64,000 bases of DNA from Thermodesulfobacteriota bacterium (GTDB lineage: Bacteria; Desulfobacterota_D; UBA1144; Nemesobacterales; Mycalebacteriaceae), in assembly GCA_965226585.1 (NCBI GenBank), contig OZ245366.1, forward strand, positions 736,001 through 800,000, written 5' to 3'. The notes under the pieces were generated by a model that saw only the letters and a list, made by a program, of their open reading frames with translations, was not told where the DNA came from and did not search any database. A program made the position numbers and the translations under genes. Positions 9,031-20,467 of the stretch are shown piece after piece. The first letter of the stretch is position 1; every line of letters starts with the position of its first letter.

Positions 9031-9058
9031 TTGACACTCTCAACAGCCCTGATAGAAT
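9031..9058 (+). promoter_or_regulatory. sigma70 promoter of the 23S rRNA gene
   Basis: TTGACA (9031-36), 16-bp spacer, TAGAAT (9053-58), then a GC-rich discriminator: the typical rRNA promoter layout. Confidence 0.85.
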
Positions 9059-9068
9059 GTGCGTTCCC

Positions 9069-9104
9069 TTCCGCGCCAAGTTGTGCGGGAGTTGTTCTTT
9101 GACA
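9069..9104 (+). promoter_or_regulatory. rRNA antitermination boxB hairpin and boxA
   Basis: TTCCGCGC..GTGCGGGA hairpin followed by TGTTCTTTGACA (boxA consensus TGCTCTTTAACA). Confidence 0.75.
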
Positions 9105-9171
9105 ACTGAATACATAGCTGAGCGAATAAGAAACAACGCGCCATCTTGTTTCGAGTGTTTTTATGCCTCGT

Positions 9172-12197
<3,026 letters not shown>

Positions 12198-12286
12198 GAG
12201 GCTTGAAACCACTTGAAAAGATGGACGTTGTTTCTTATTCGTATTAGTTATGTGTTTGGGTTGTTGTTTTTTACGAGTGAAAGAAC

Positions 12287-12766
12287 ATGGACAGTAACAA
12301 CTCTTTAATAGTAGTAATTGTTGTTGGCGTGTTTTTGCTTGTCGTTTACAACAGATTACTGAAATACAAGCTTCACAAAAAAGTAGTTTCCCTAATTAAA
12401 AAGTGGAAACCCAAAGGTTTGAATACGGAGAAAGAGTATGAGAACTCTCTGTATAAGTACCTGCACGAAAACCTACAAGAGCAGATAACCAAGCAGTATT
12501 CATTAGGGCGTACAAGTGCAGACATTGTTGTAGGCGATAAAGTGCTTATAGAAATAAAGCACAATCTTCATAGCACAAGTCAGTTTCAGAGGTTGAGAGG
12601 ACAGTTGCAAGACTATATGGATAAGTGGAAGGGAACTTTAGTTTTATTGTTGTGTGGTGATACAGAACCTAACATCAAAAAAGACATTGAATCCTACGTG
12701 CAAAAGGTGATTAAAGAAGATGGGTTGGGCGAAAGTAAAAAACTTGATTTGCTACACAAAAAATAG
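12287..12766 (+). CDS. membrane-anchored PD-(D/E)xK nuclease-like protein
   Basis: N-terminal TM; EKEYENSL...ADIVVGDKVLIEIK...GQLQDY resembles a restriction-endonuclease-like fold. Visibly AT-rich. Confidence 0.65.
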   Translation: MDSNNSLIVVIVVGVFLLVVYNRLLKYKLHKKVVSLIKKWKPKGLNTEKEYENSLYKYLHENLQEQITKQYSLGRTSADIVVGDKVLIEIKHNLHSTSQFQRLRGQLQDYMDKWKGTLVLLLCGDTEPNIKKDIESYVQKVIKEDGLGESKKLDLLHKK

Positions 12767-12888
12767 ACTTTTCCCAGCGAAAACACTCTTCTCTGTAGGA
12801 GCATTTATAAGAAGGTCAGGCTTGTTTTTCTTCCAATCAGTAGTGATTTGAAACAACTGGAATAGAATGTAAATTACGGAATATCTCC

Positions 12889-13266
12889 TTGAAAAACTGG
12901 TTCAACAAAATTCGGAATACAACCCTCATTTGGGGTTTGGGTGTATTTCTTATCGGGGTGAGAGGACTTCCATTTTTCTATGAGTTGGGAGTCGGCTTTT
13001 TCATAGCGTGGTTGCTTCGCCGCAGAACTGTTGCCGTTTCGCTTGTGAGCCTGCTTTTAGTGGGTCTTATTTTATTTTTCGTGTTTGCCATCTCGGTGTG
13101 TGTTGATGTTTGCGGAATGGATTTCAACTCTGCGGCATTTGATGGTGCGTTGAAAACAAGCATTGAATCAAAATTGTCCGCGAAGGCTCTTAACTCTTTT
13201 ATTGCCCTTGTCATAAGCATTGTAATCACTTCTCTGCTATTGCGGCGGTTTTCAAAGTCTGATTAA
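12889..13266 (+). CDS. hypothetical membrane protein
   Basis: Several hydrophobic segments; TTG start. Confidence 0.55.
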   Translation: MKNWFNKIRNTTLIWGLGVFLIGVRGLPFFYELGVGFFIAWLLRRRTVAVSLVSLLLVGLILFFVFAISVCVDVCGMDFNSAAFDGALKTSIESKLSAKALNSFIALVISIVITSLLLRRFSKSD

Positions 13267-13288
13267 GGTAATCCCGATAGAGAGTTCC

Positions 13289-14041
13289 ATGACACGGAAA
13301 CTGACGCTTATTATTTTCCCCGTGCTTTTCCTGCTTTTCAGCGGAGTCAAAACCGCTTGCGCCGACTGGGAGACTGTCTCCGTCAAGTCCAACCTGTTTG
13401 TGGACAGGGGGAATTTTGAAAGAACCGAATTCGGGGGCGAAGCCAAAATCAGCGGCAAATTTGTTACGGAAGGCAATTCACTGCTGACCGCAAAAATTGA
13501 TCTGGATAAGTTTGAAGGCGAAAATAAGTTCAGCGAGGAATGGAAAATAGATCTGTCACAACAAATTTTGTCCGAAGGCACATGGAATGTTCTTTTCGGT
13601 TCCTTCATAGAGGCGGATGACAGGGGCTTGCTGGACAGTAGATATGGTTTCGGGCTTGGCGGCACAAGGAAATTCAGCGCGCCGTCATTCTTTGACACCT
13701 TTCCCGCCATTGATGTTTTCTACGAAAGGGAAAATAGAAAATTTGAATCGCCGGATGGGCATATCGCCATTCGCCTTGCTCTTGAAATCAAACCCGCGCC
13801 GGAGAGAAACAAATTGCCCGTAAATCCGTCTTTCAAAACATCTCTTGTTGTCCCCCTGCACGAAACGGACGACTGGCGCAGTGAAAATGAGTTCTTCATT
13901 GAGCACCCGCTCAAAGCCGGTTTTTCGTTAAACATCGGATTTTCCCTGAAACACCAAAACAGACCCACCATAGGCAACAAAAAAAGCGATTCCTCTCTAA
14001 AGATTGGACTTGGTTTTACTAAACAAAGAAAAGAAATTTGA
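13289..14041 (+). CDS. DUF481-like outer membrane beta-barrel
   Basis: Signal peptide, RGN.E.T motif, alternating beta strands, and a C-terminal KKSD..LKIGLGF. Confidence 0.6.
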   Translation: MTRKLTLIIFPVLFLLFSGVKTACADWETVSVKSNLFVDRGNFERTEFGGEAKISGKFVTEGNSLLTAKIDLDKFEGENKFSEEWKIDLSQQILSEGTWNVLFGSFIEADDRGLLDSRYGFGLGGTRKFSAPSFFDTFPAIDVFYERENRKFESPDGHIAIRLALEIKPAPERNKLPVNPSFKTSLVVPLHETDDWRSENEFFIEHPLKAGFSLNIGFSLKHQNRPTIGNKKSDSSLKIGLGFTKQRKEI

Positions 14042-14107
14042 TGTGATTCTCACCCCGCAACGACTCAAACGCTTGAAATCAAAGCTCGCGTAGAGGAACC
14101 GGCACCC

Positions 14108-16087
14108 CTACCTCTTGCCCGCAGTCTTAAACCTGAAATTCCTATCCGGGCTCAGGAACGGTCTTGTTTCCATATTTAATTTATAATTCTGCGGGTGCAT
14201 CTCTATTAAATTCTCGTGCAGGATTGTGCTTACCGTCAGTGCCATTTGCAGTTCGGCGAAACCGGAGCCGAGGCATTTGTGGGTGCCCACTCCGAAAGGG
14301 GCGTATGCCATCTGTTTGTGCTCCGCGCGTTCGGGGGTGTAGCGGTCAATGTCAAAACGGTCGGGGTCGGGGAAATGTTCGGGCAGACGGTGCGTGGCGG
14401 ACAATGCCAGAAAAACTTCCTCTCCAACTGAAACATGGTACCCATTAAAATCAAACGAATTCTGAACCGCGCGCACGACTCCGGGCACGGTTGTGTGCAT
14501 GCGCAAAGTCTCCATCATCACGCGGCGGAGAACGTTCATCTCGCGCAATTTCTGCGCGGTTGGCATTCCGTCCGCAAATAAATCATCCGCCTCGGCGCGC
14601 ACTTTTTCCATTAAATCGGGCTGGGAAAGAATCATATACATCAGCGATGTGCATTGGCGCGCCGCCGTGTCAAGACCCGCTCCAAACGGCAGCATCACAT
14701 TAATCAGCAAATCAGACTCCGGCAGAAAAGTGGGGTCTTCCTCGTTCAGGGCAAGCATATCGTCAATAATGTTCACCTTGTGCCCGTCCGCGTCTTCCGG
14801 CTTGGGCGTGTCGTGATGGAGATAGTCTTCGTCAAGAATATTCTCTTCATGCTTGGCGCGGCGCAGTTTGTGGGTTTCCAGCACTTTGTTAAAAAACTCG
14901 TGCGACCGCTCCCTCGCGCGCTTGAACTTTGGAAACCTTTTAATAATCCGCGGCGACCGGTCGGTAATATCAATCGTCAGCAGCGTGCTCATATAGTAAA
15001 TAACGTCCTCAAGATAATCGCCCATTGTTGTGTCAGTCGTAAGCAGGGAAATTTGTTCGGTGATTATTTTCTGCATTTCGTGACGCGCGTGAAACGGTTT
15101 ATCCACAGGCCATTGCTCCATTTTCCGGCGCACCACATCTACAACCCTGTTGATGTTTTTACTGACTGTCGTCCGCGAAAATCCGTTCAATTGAGCGCGG
15201 CGCAGGCGCAGATGGTCGGGACCGTCCATGCCGAACAGAAAACACTCTTTCTGCGCTTTCATCTCTCTGAAAACCCCCGCCCACCGTTCACGCGGCGACA
15301 AATGGTTGTGCCCGTGGTTCTGCATAAAATAATTGGCGTCCTCCCCCGCGAGAACAACAAGACTGCGCTTGCCCACCAGATTTACGCGGAAGATACTGCC
15401 GAATTTCTCATACTGATTTACAAAAAACGAAGTATATTCCCTCAGCATTTCAACGGCGTTGCCGATAACGGGAAGACCTTTTACAACCGGAATTTCCTTA
15501 TGCGGTTTAAGGAGCAGTTCGCTAACTTTAATAATTTGCCCGACCGCCCATCCTACGGGTCTTTGCGAAGAAATAAAGTTTATTCTGTCTTTTCTCTCCC
15601 TCATTTCGCGCTCGGAAATAATATTCATAATTATTTCGCAGTCGCTCGTAAGGCTGATAAGCGCGATGCCCATTCTGCTCGGATGCTCGCTGTCCAGCGT
15701 TTCCAGAATGTCCGTTTTCATTTCCTCAAATATTTCTTTTTTCGCCTCAATCGCCTTTTTTTCTTTCAGCCGAGCAACCGCTTTTTTGAAAATAAAATCT
15801 CCTCTCTCAAGGGCGATGTCCCTCAGCATTATGAACAACATTCCCTCGTCCCGTTTTTCAATTTCCGTCAAATCTTCCAGAACGGGGTCAAGGATGTCGT
15901 CGCCAAGCGGAGCCGAATCATCCACCGTGAATTTATCGCGGTTTGCCTTAACGCGCCCCGCCATTTGCAGGTCTATCATTGCCGCGCCCGCAAGTACCAT
16001 GTGCGCCGCCTGTTTGCGGATTCGGAAGCCGCCCGTTTCCTCATCAAGAAGGCTGAGCGTAATTTTTTCGGTGATGTTAAGGTCCAA
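14108..16087 (-). CDS. cytochrome P450 with N-terminal GPP34/GOLPH3-like domain
   Basis: P450 motifs GLPVIGN, AGLDT (I-helix), ETLR (ExxR), PDRFDIDRY and PFGVGTHKCLG (heme Cys). N-terminal E...L.LLDEETG...LAGAAMIDL.MAGRV...P.GD.ILD resembles GPP34. Start uncertain (TTG 16087 or ATG 16147). Confidence 0.85.
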   Translation of the reverse strand: MDLNITEKITLSLLDEETGGFRIRKQAAHMVLAGAAMIDLQMAGRVKANRDKFTVDDSAPLGDDILDPVLEDLTEIEKRDEGMLFIMLRDIALERGDFIFKKAVARLKEKKAIEAKKEIFEEMKTDILETLDSEHPSRMGIALISLTSDCEIIMNIISEREMRERKDRINFISSQRPVGWAVGQIIKVSELLLKPHKEIPVVKGLPVIGNAVEMLREYTSFFVNQYEKFGSIFRVNLVGKRSLVVLAGEDANYFMQNHGHNHLSPRERWAGVFREMKAQKECFLFGMDGPDHLRLRRAQLNGFSRTTVSKNINRVVDVVRRKMEQWPVDKPFHARHEMQKIITEQISLLTTDTTMGDYLEDVIYYMSTLLTIDITDRSPRIIKRFPKFKRARERSHEFFNKVLETHKLRRAKHEENILDEDYLHHDTPKPEDADGHKVNIIDDMLALNEEDPTFLPESDLLINVMLPFGAGLDTAARQCTSLMYMILSQPDLMEKVRAEADDLFADGMPTAQKLREMNVLRRVMMETLRMHTTVPGVVRAVQNSFDFNGYHVSVGEEVFLALSATHRLPEHFPDPDRFDIDRYTPERAEHKQMAYAPFGVGTHKCLGSGFAELQMALTVSTILHENLIEMHPQNYKLNMETRPFLSPDRNFRFKTAGKR

Positions 16088-16104
16088 CTGTTTTTCTTCC
16101 CGTC

Positions 16105-17235
16105 TCACGGCAGAACCTTCAAACCGTCCGGCGCTTCGTAACCCCATGCGTCCAGAGTAAAACGGAACTCCCTGTCAACCCTCTCGGCATCAGACTGTTT
16201 CATGCTGAGTTCGTTCTTTTTATATCCTGAAATTGACCCCAGATATTCCCTCGCGTGGGGCATTGCGGTTTCCCATCCGGGCAGTGAGAGGTCTGAATAA
16301 ATGCGTTCCAATTCGGCAAGCGGTTCTTTTTCAAGATTTTCAAAACGCACTTCGGTAAAATTGCCCTCAGGAATAAGAGACCTTTCCTCCATATACCGCC
16401 CCATCGCCGCCTTGTAAATATGAAACACATCGTCCGCCATTGCCTCAATATCCACCGATTGAAGTTGATACAAAGGGATCATTTTTCTGTAAAGGTGCAT
16501 CATTGATTGAAAAACCTCATACGGATTGCGGACGATATGGATAAACTTCGCGTCCGGAAAAAGGCGCAGAAGATGAGAGATTCGCCCCGTGTTTGTGGGG
16601 CTTTTCATCACAAGCCGCAAGCCGCCGTTGTCAAATGTCGCTTTTTTCGCAATTTCCGTAAAAACGCCGTCCCATGTTTTTAAATCTTCATCAGATATTC
16701 CGTCCATCATCGCGTATTTTTCAAAATATTCCCTCAATTTTTGTGGAAACGAAAAATGGTGCATAAATGAAACATGGCAACTGTTGGCAATCGCCACCTC
16801 TTCCTCCTGCGGTGTGTCTGCGGAAAGGCGCACATTATCCATCGGTCTAGTCGGTTCCATTTTTTTTGACAATTCTTTTTTCAAAAAACCGCCGCCCGAG
16901 AGGAATACGGTCGGCATATACGCCTGAAAATTGGAAACCGCGCCGAACTCCGGGTTGGTGGTCATTAAATTGTGCAGATGTGTTGTGCCGCTTCGCGCGA
17001 ATCCGACAATAAAAACGGGCGGTTTTTCTATCCGTGTCCGTTCAAGCGCTTTTCCGTATCGCACTTTTTCCGCAAGGCGGAGCGGCAGGGCCATCAAAGA
17101 AACAACCAGAATTCTCGCAACTTTCCTCATATAAGGGCGCGACACACCGCCGTTTTCCCAAAGCAGCCGCGCCCACGTTTCAAGCGGCGCCATTGTGAGC
17201 ATGTGAGGTTCGTTTTTTTTGCTGTCTTTTTTCAT
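16105..17235 (-). CDS. PAPS-dependent sulfotransferase (Stf3-like)
   Basis: PVFIVGFARSGTTHLH (5'-PSB loop), RPMDN...PQEEE, KSP, AKFIHIVRNPY and RFENL. GGAGG RBS upstream of ATG 17235. Confidence 0.9.
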   Translation of the reverse strand: MKKDSKKNEPHMLTMAPLETWARLLWENGGVSRPYMRKVARILVVSLMALPLRLAEKVRYGKALERTRIEKPPVFIVGFARSGTTHLHNLMTTNPEFGAVSNFQAYMPTVFLSGGGFLKKELSKKMEPTRPMDNVRLSADTPQEEEVAIANSCHVSFMHHFSFPQKLREYFEKYAMMDGISDEDLKTWDGVFTEIAKKATFDNGGLRLVMKSPTNTGRISHLLRLFPDAKFIHIVRNPYEVFQSMMHLYRKMIPLYQLQSVDIEAMADDVFHIYKAAMGRYMEERSLIPEGNFTEVRFENLEKEPLAELERIYSDLSLPGWETAMPHAREYLGSISGYKKNELSMKQSDAERVDREFRFTLDAWGYEAPDGLKVLP

Positions 17236-17411
17236 CGGCATACCTCCGGAAAAGTTTGTATTCCTAACTGTACAAGTATAATCCCTTTCAGCAAATTTTC
17301 CTGTTTCCGTCCGCAAGTCCCGCGCTTGATGCGGAATCCGGTATATCTGTTTGAGCTAATTCCGCTTTTGTGTTAAAACTAAATATCTAAACATCAGGAG
17401 GTTTTACTGTT

Positions 17412-17561
17412 ATGGGTAAATCAAGCGGTAAAGGCGGCGGAAGCAAAGGCGGAAGCGGCAAAAGTAGTGGAAGCAAGGGCGGCGGCAAAGCGGGTTGGCC
17501 CGCCAAGAGCGGTGGCAAAAGCGGCGGCGGTCGCGGCAACAATCCGCCGAAAGGTAAATAA
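17412..17561 (+). CDS. uncalled 49-aa Gly/Lys/Ser-rich microprotein
   Basis: AGGAGG RBS; MGKSSGKGGGSKGGSGKSSGSKGGGKAGWPAKSGGKSGGGRGNNPPKGK*. Below the ORF-track length cutoff. Confidence 0.7.
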   Translation: MGKSSGKGGGSKGGSGKSSGSKGGGKAGWPAKSGGKSGGGRGNNPPKGK

Positions 17562-17658
17562 GTATCCATTTCTGGCGGGGTAGAGGGGCGAAGCCCTGAG
17601 GATGTGCTGTTTTCGTGGCTATTGGAGCAATTGATGTGCTCATAGAAGCAATAAGGGA

Positions 17659-17919
17659 ATGGTGGAAAAAGAAGAAAGAAGAATGAAACTCCTTTTACAC
17701 CTGTTTGAGTTTTGTCTGTTTGTGCTTCTTTTTCCCTTGTATTTTTTCTGGAACATACTCCGGGGCATACTTGGATTGTATAGCGAAGAAGAGATAGACA
17801 AGGGAACGGCGTATTATCTCCGCCGCCATAAAAGACCCCTTACAAAAGACACTTGGGAAGAAGTTGACGGAGATACGAAAAGCGATGAATACCACCGAGA
17901 ACACTACTGCGATGATTAA
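17659..17919 (+). CDS. small hypothetical membrane protein
   Basis: One hydrophobic helix and a charged tail; abuts the next gene. Confidence 0.5.
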   Translation: MVEKEERRMKLLLHLFEFCLFVLLFPLYFFWNILRGILGLYSEEEIDKGTAYYLRRHKRPLTKDTWEEVDGDTKSDEYHREHYCDD

Positions 17920-18699
17920 ATGAGTAATAACCAAAACGCAAAAAAACTTCTTCTGGATATTTGCAACTGCCCAAATGTCAAAATAGCGGCAGATGACAAA
18001 TCGCATCCATGTCATAAGATTGTCGTGCTTCAGAATGAATGCCCACCGGACAAACGCCAACTGCCCGAACCGTGGAGCGGCGATATAGTCAACGCCCCTC
18101 TGCTTATAGTTTCCTCCAATCCGTCTATTAGTGAAGCGGAGCATTATCCGACTTCCCGATGGAGTGATGACAAAATTGCGGATTTCTTTACAAACCGCTT
18201 CAGTGGTCGCTGGACTGATAAACTAAAAACTCTTTGCGCCGATGAGAAGTCATACAGCAAAAGACCTGTGATGTTCTGGTGTTGCATACGCAAACAGGCA
18301 GAGCGCGCATTTGGTCGGCAAGTAAAAGCGGGGCAAGACTACGCAATTACAGAGGTTGTTCATTGTAAATCGACAGGCGAAAAAGGTGTTAGAAAATCAA
18401 TGAATGAGTGCGGCGACAAGTGGACAAAGAAAATAATTGCAATGTCAAAAGCCCGCGTAATTATGGTCGTGGGTGCTGTCGCGAGAGATTGGTTTTCCGA
18501 ACATTACGGAATAGATAGAACAAACCCTTTTCACACTTTACAAACAATCGCCGGGAAAAAACGCACGGTGTTGATTGTGCCACACCCAAGTGGCAGAAAG
18601 CCCAAGAATCTGCCAAAAGGGCAGAAATGGGGTAAAACCCTAGACAAAATCCTCACCAAAGAACAATTGAATCATATCAATGCCATTCTTAGCAATTGA
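17920..18699 (+). CDS. uracil-DNA glycosylase-superfamily protein
   Basis: PEPWSGD...APLLIVSSNPS, ITEVVHCKS, IMVVG..A and VPHPS (UDG motif A/B-like); several Cys residues. Confidence 0.7.
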   Translation: MSNNQNAKKLLLDICNCPNVKIAADDKSHPCHKIVVLQNECPPDKRQLPEPWSGDIVNAPLLIVSSNPSISEAEHYPTSRWSDDKIADFFTNRFSGRWTDKLKTLCADEKSYSKRPVMFWCCIRKQAERAFGRQVKAGQDYAITEVVHCKSTGEKGVRKSMNECGDKWTKKIIAMSKARVIMVVGAVARDWFSEHYGIDRTNPFHTLQTIAGKKRTVLIVPHPSGRKPKNLPKGQKWGKTLDKILTKEQLNHINAILSN

Positions 18700-18759
18700 G
18701 GAAATTGCCCTTCTTGACATACCAACCCCGTTAAGCCACCTTATCTGCCAACATCGCAA

Positions 18760-19038
18760 ATGAAATTCTCCCGCTATTTTCAATACATCAGGCAACGCCG
18801 TTCTGACCGTCAGTCCATTAAAGACGAGTGGATAAAACGTGTGATTGACAGCCCAATTCACAAAGAGATACAATTAAACGGTAGGATAAGAATGTGGGGG
18901 AGAATTGACGAAGTGGGAAAGATTTTGAGAGTTGTTTTGTCGGAAGACGGCGAGACTGTTTTTAACGCTTTCTTTGACAGAAGGTTCAAGAAAGGAGGTC
19001 GCACACTGCATGAAGATTACATACTTTTCGGAGACTGA
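18760..19038 (+). CDS. putative RelE/DUF4258-like toxin
   Basis: I..EWI.RVI..P....Q..GR.R.W..I.E.GK.LRVV...DG.TV.NAFFDR.F; upstream of a DUF2283 gene. Confidence 0.7.
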   Translation: MKFSRYFQYIRQRRSDRQSIKDEWIKRVIDSPIHKEIQLNGRIRMWGRIDEVGKILRVVLSEDGETVFNAFFDRRFKKGGRTLHEDYILFGD

Positions 19039-19240
19039 TACCGCGCTGTTTGACTTTTCCGATGGGAAAGTTGATGAGACACTTCAAGTAAAGGAAAACC
19101 TGTTTCTGGACTTTGACAAAAGCGGCAAACTGCTCAGCCTGACAATAGACCATGTAGGTTCAAACACCGACCTCGATAAACTCACCCTTCCGCAAAAAGG
19201 CGAGATTCTCGACCTCGGTTTGGTTTCAGATAAAAAATAA
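19010..19240 (+). CDS. DUF2283 putative antitoxin
   Basis: MKITYF.ETD...F....V.ET.......LD.D..G.L...TI; AGGAGG RBS. Confidence 0.75.
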   Translation: MKITYFSETDTALFDFSDGKVDETLQVKENLFLDFDKSGKLLSLTIDHVGSNTDLDKLTLPQKGEILDLGLVSDKK

Positions 19241-19346
19241 AATCCAACACTCATCCAAACAATCCCACGGGCTTTAAGGCAAACATAAATTTGAAATGTT
19301 GCCCGTTTTAAGGGATTATTTCTGTCATTGGATGCGGGGGTTCTCT

Positions 19347-20432
19347 ATGAAAAATCTAAAATCACTTATCGCGGCCTTTGCTTTTTGCGTGTTTTATGGA
19401 GCCGTTACGGTCGCCGCGCAGACTGAAAACAGGAAAAACACTCCGTATGTCGGCGTGGATGCCGGGATTTCCCTGTCTCTGTCTCCGGAATTTGTGAGCG
19501 ACGGCAACGATGTTCCCTCCAGATGCGACCTTCACTTTGCGGGCGACCCCGGACTTGAGGATGTGCCGGAAACCAATCCGGCGCGGGTTATTTCAAACGT
19601 TTCAGATTTCAACATACTGTTTAGAGGAGGCACACACTGCCAGGATGCGGACTCCGTATGGGAGAGCAAACACTCATCAAGCATTGGAACCACCGCAGGC
19701 TTAACGGCTGGGGTCGCGCAAATATTTGGACTGCCTTTAAGGGCTGAAGCCGAGTATTTGTATCGCAATAACAACTTCAGAGACAGAGCCGACATCACAC
19801 TTGCAGGAGAAAAATTCGAAGAGTTTCTGCCCGAGTTCAATGGCGCCGCCTGGGCATATCTGGATAACATCCAGTCGCACAACCTTTTTGCCAACCTCTA
19901 TTACGATATTCCGTTGAAGTCCAAACTTTCTCCCTATGTCGGGGCGGGAATCGGCTGGTCGCAGACAAAATTCGTCATGACCAGTTTTTGGCAAAGAAAT
20001 GACACCGGTGATACGGCGGACAACGATGGGGTTCACCCCGATGGACATGATGAAGAAGGTTGCGCGCCGACTCAAAGTAATGACTGCGTTATTGAAGTGC
20101 TTGAGGGAGTGGTTAGCGCGGGGATTGACAAAGCTCATGACGGTTCCACAATCGCGTTTCAGGGGCTTATCGGCTTTGACTATCCGCTCAGCGACCGGTT
20201 TTTACTGGGTTTGAAACTTCGCTGGGCATACTTCGGAGAGATTGAGACAGACCCGGAGGAGTGGGACCTTCTCAGAGACCACCCGTCAACCGTTGTGCCG
20301 GAAGACGGTTCTGCGGGAGACCCGGCTGACCTTGAATACAACGGCGGCAACAACAGGATCATCTACAGGACAAGACTGCAGAGTTCGCACCTGCTTGGGG
20401 CGGCTGTCAGTTTGAAATACTTACTCTTTTAA
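19347..20432 (+). CDS. opacity/Msp-like outer membrane beta-barrel protein, paralog 1
   Basis: Signal peptide; LRAEAEYLYR, LFANLYYD, PYVGAGIG, AFQGLIG.DY and terminal SLKY. Confidence 0.85.
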   Translation: MKNLKSLIAAFAFCVFYGAVTVAAQTENRKNTPYVGVDAGISLSLSPEFVSDGNDVPSRCDLHFAGDPGLEDVPETNPARVISNVSDFNILFRGGTHCQDADSVWESKHSSSIGTTAGLTAGVAQIFGLPLRAEAEYLYRNNNFRDRADITLAGEKFEEFLPEFNGAAWAYLDNIQSHNLFANLYYDIPLKSKLSPYVGAGIGWSQTKFVMTSFWQRNDTGDTADNDGVHPDGHDEEGCAPTQSNDCVIEVLEGVVSAGIDKAHDGSTIAFQGLIGFDYPLSDRFLLGLKLRWAYFGEIETDPEEWDLLRDHPSTVVPEDGSAGDPADLEYNGGNNRIIYRTRLQSSHLLGAAVSLKYLLF

Positions 20433-20467
20433 GGGAGAATTATCACCGTTAGATGCGGGGATTCTCT

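Noticed and set aside
12767..12888. possible displaced 5S rRNA after the nuclease gene (TTTTCCCAGCGA start)
   Set aside because: Lacks the conserved 5S motifs (CCCAT.CCGAAC, GAGAGTAGG) and a closing terminal helix.
14654..16141. 495-aa plus-strand ORF, and similar long antisense ORFs (37108..37959, 51401..52171, 62301..63233)
   Set aside because: Shadow frames opposite well-supported genes, with no recognisable motifs.
17387..17569. Pro/Leu-rich minus-strand ORF
   Set aside because: Antisense of the Gly/Lys microprotein, which has the RBS.
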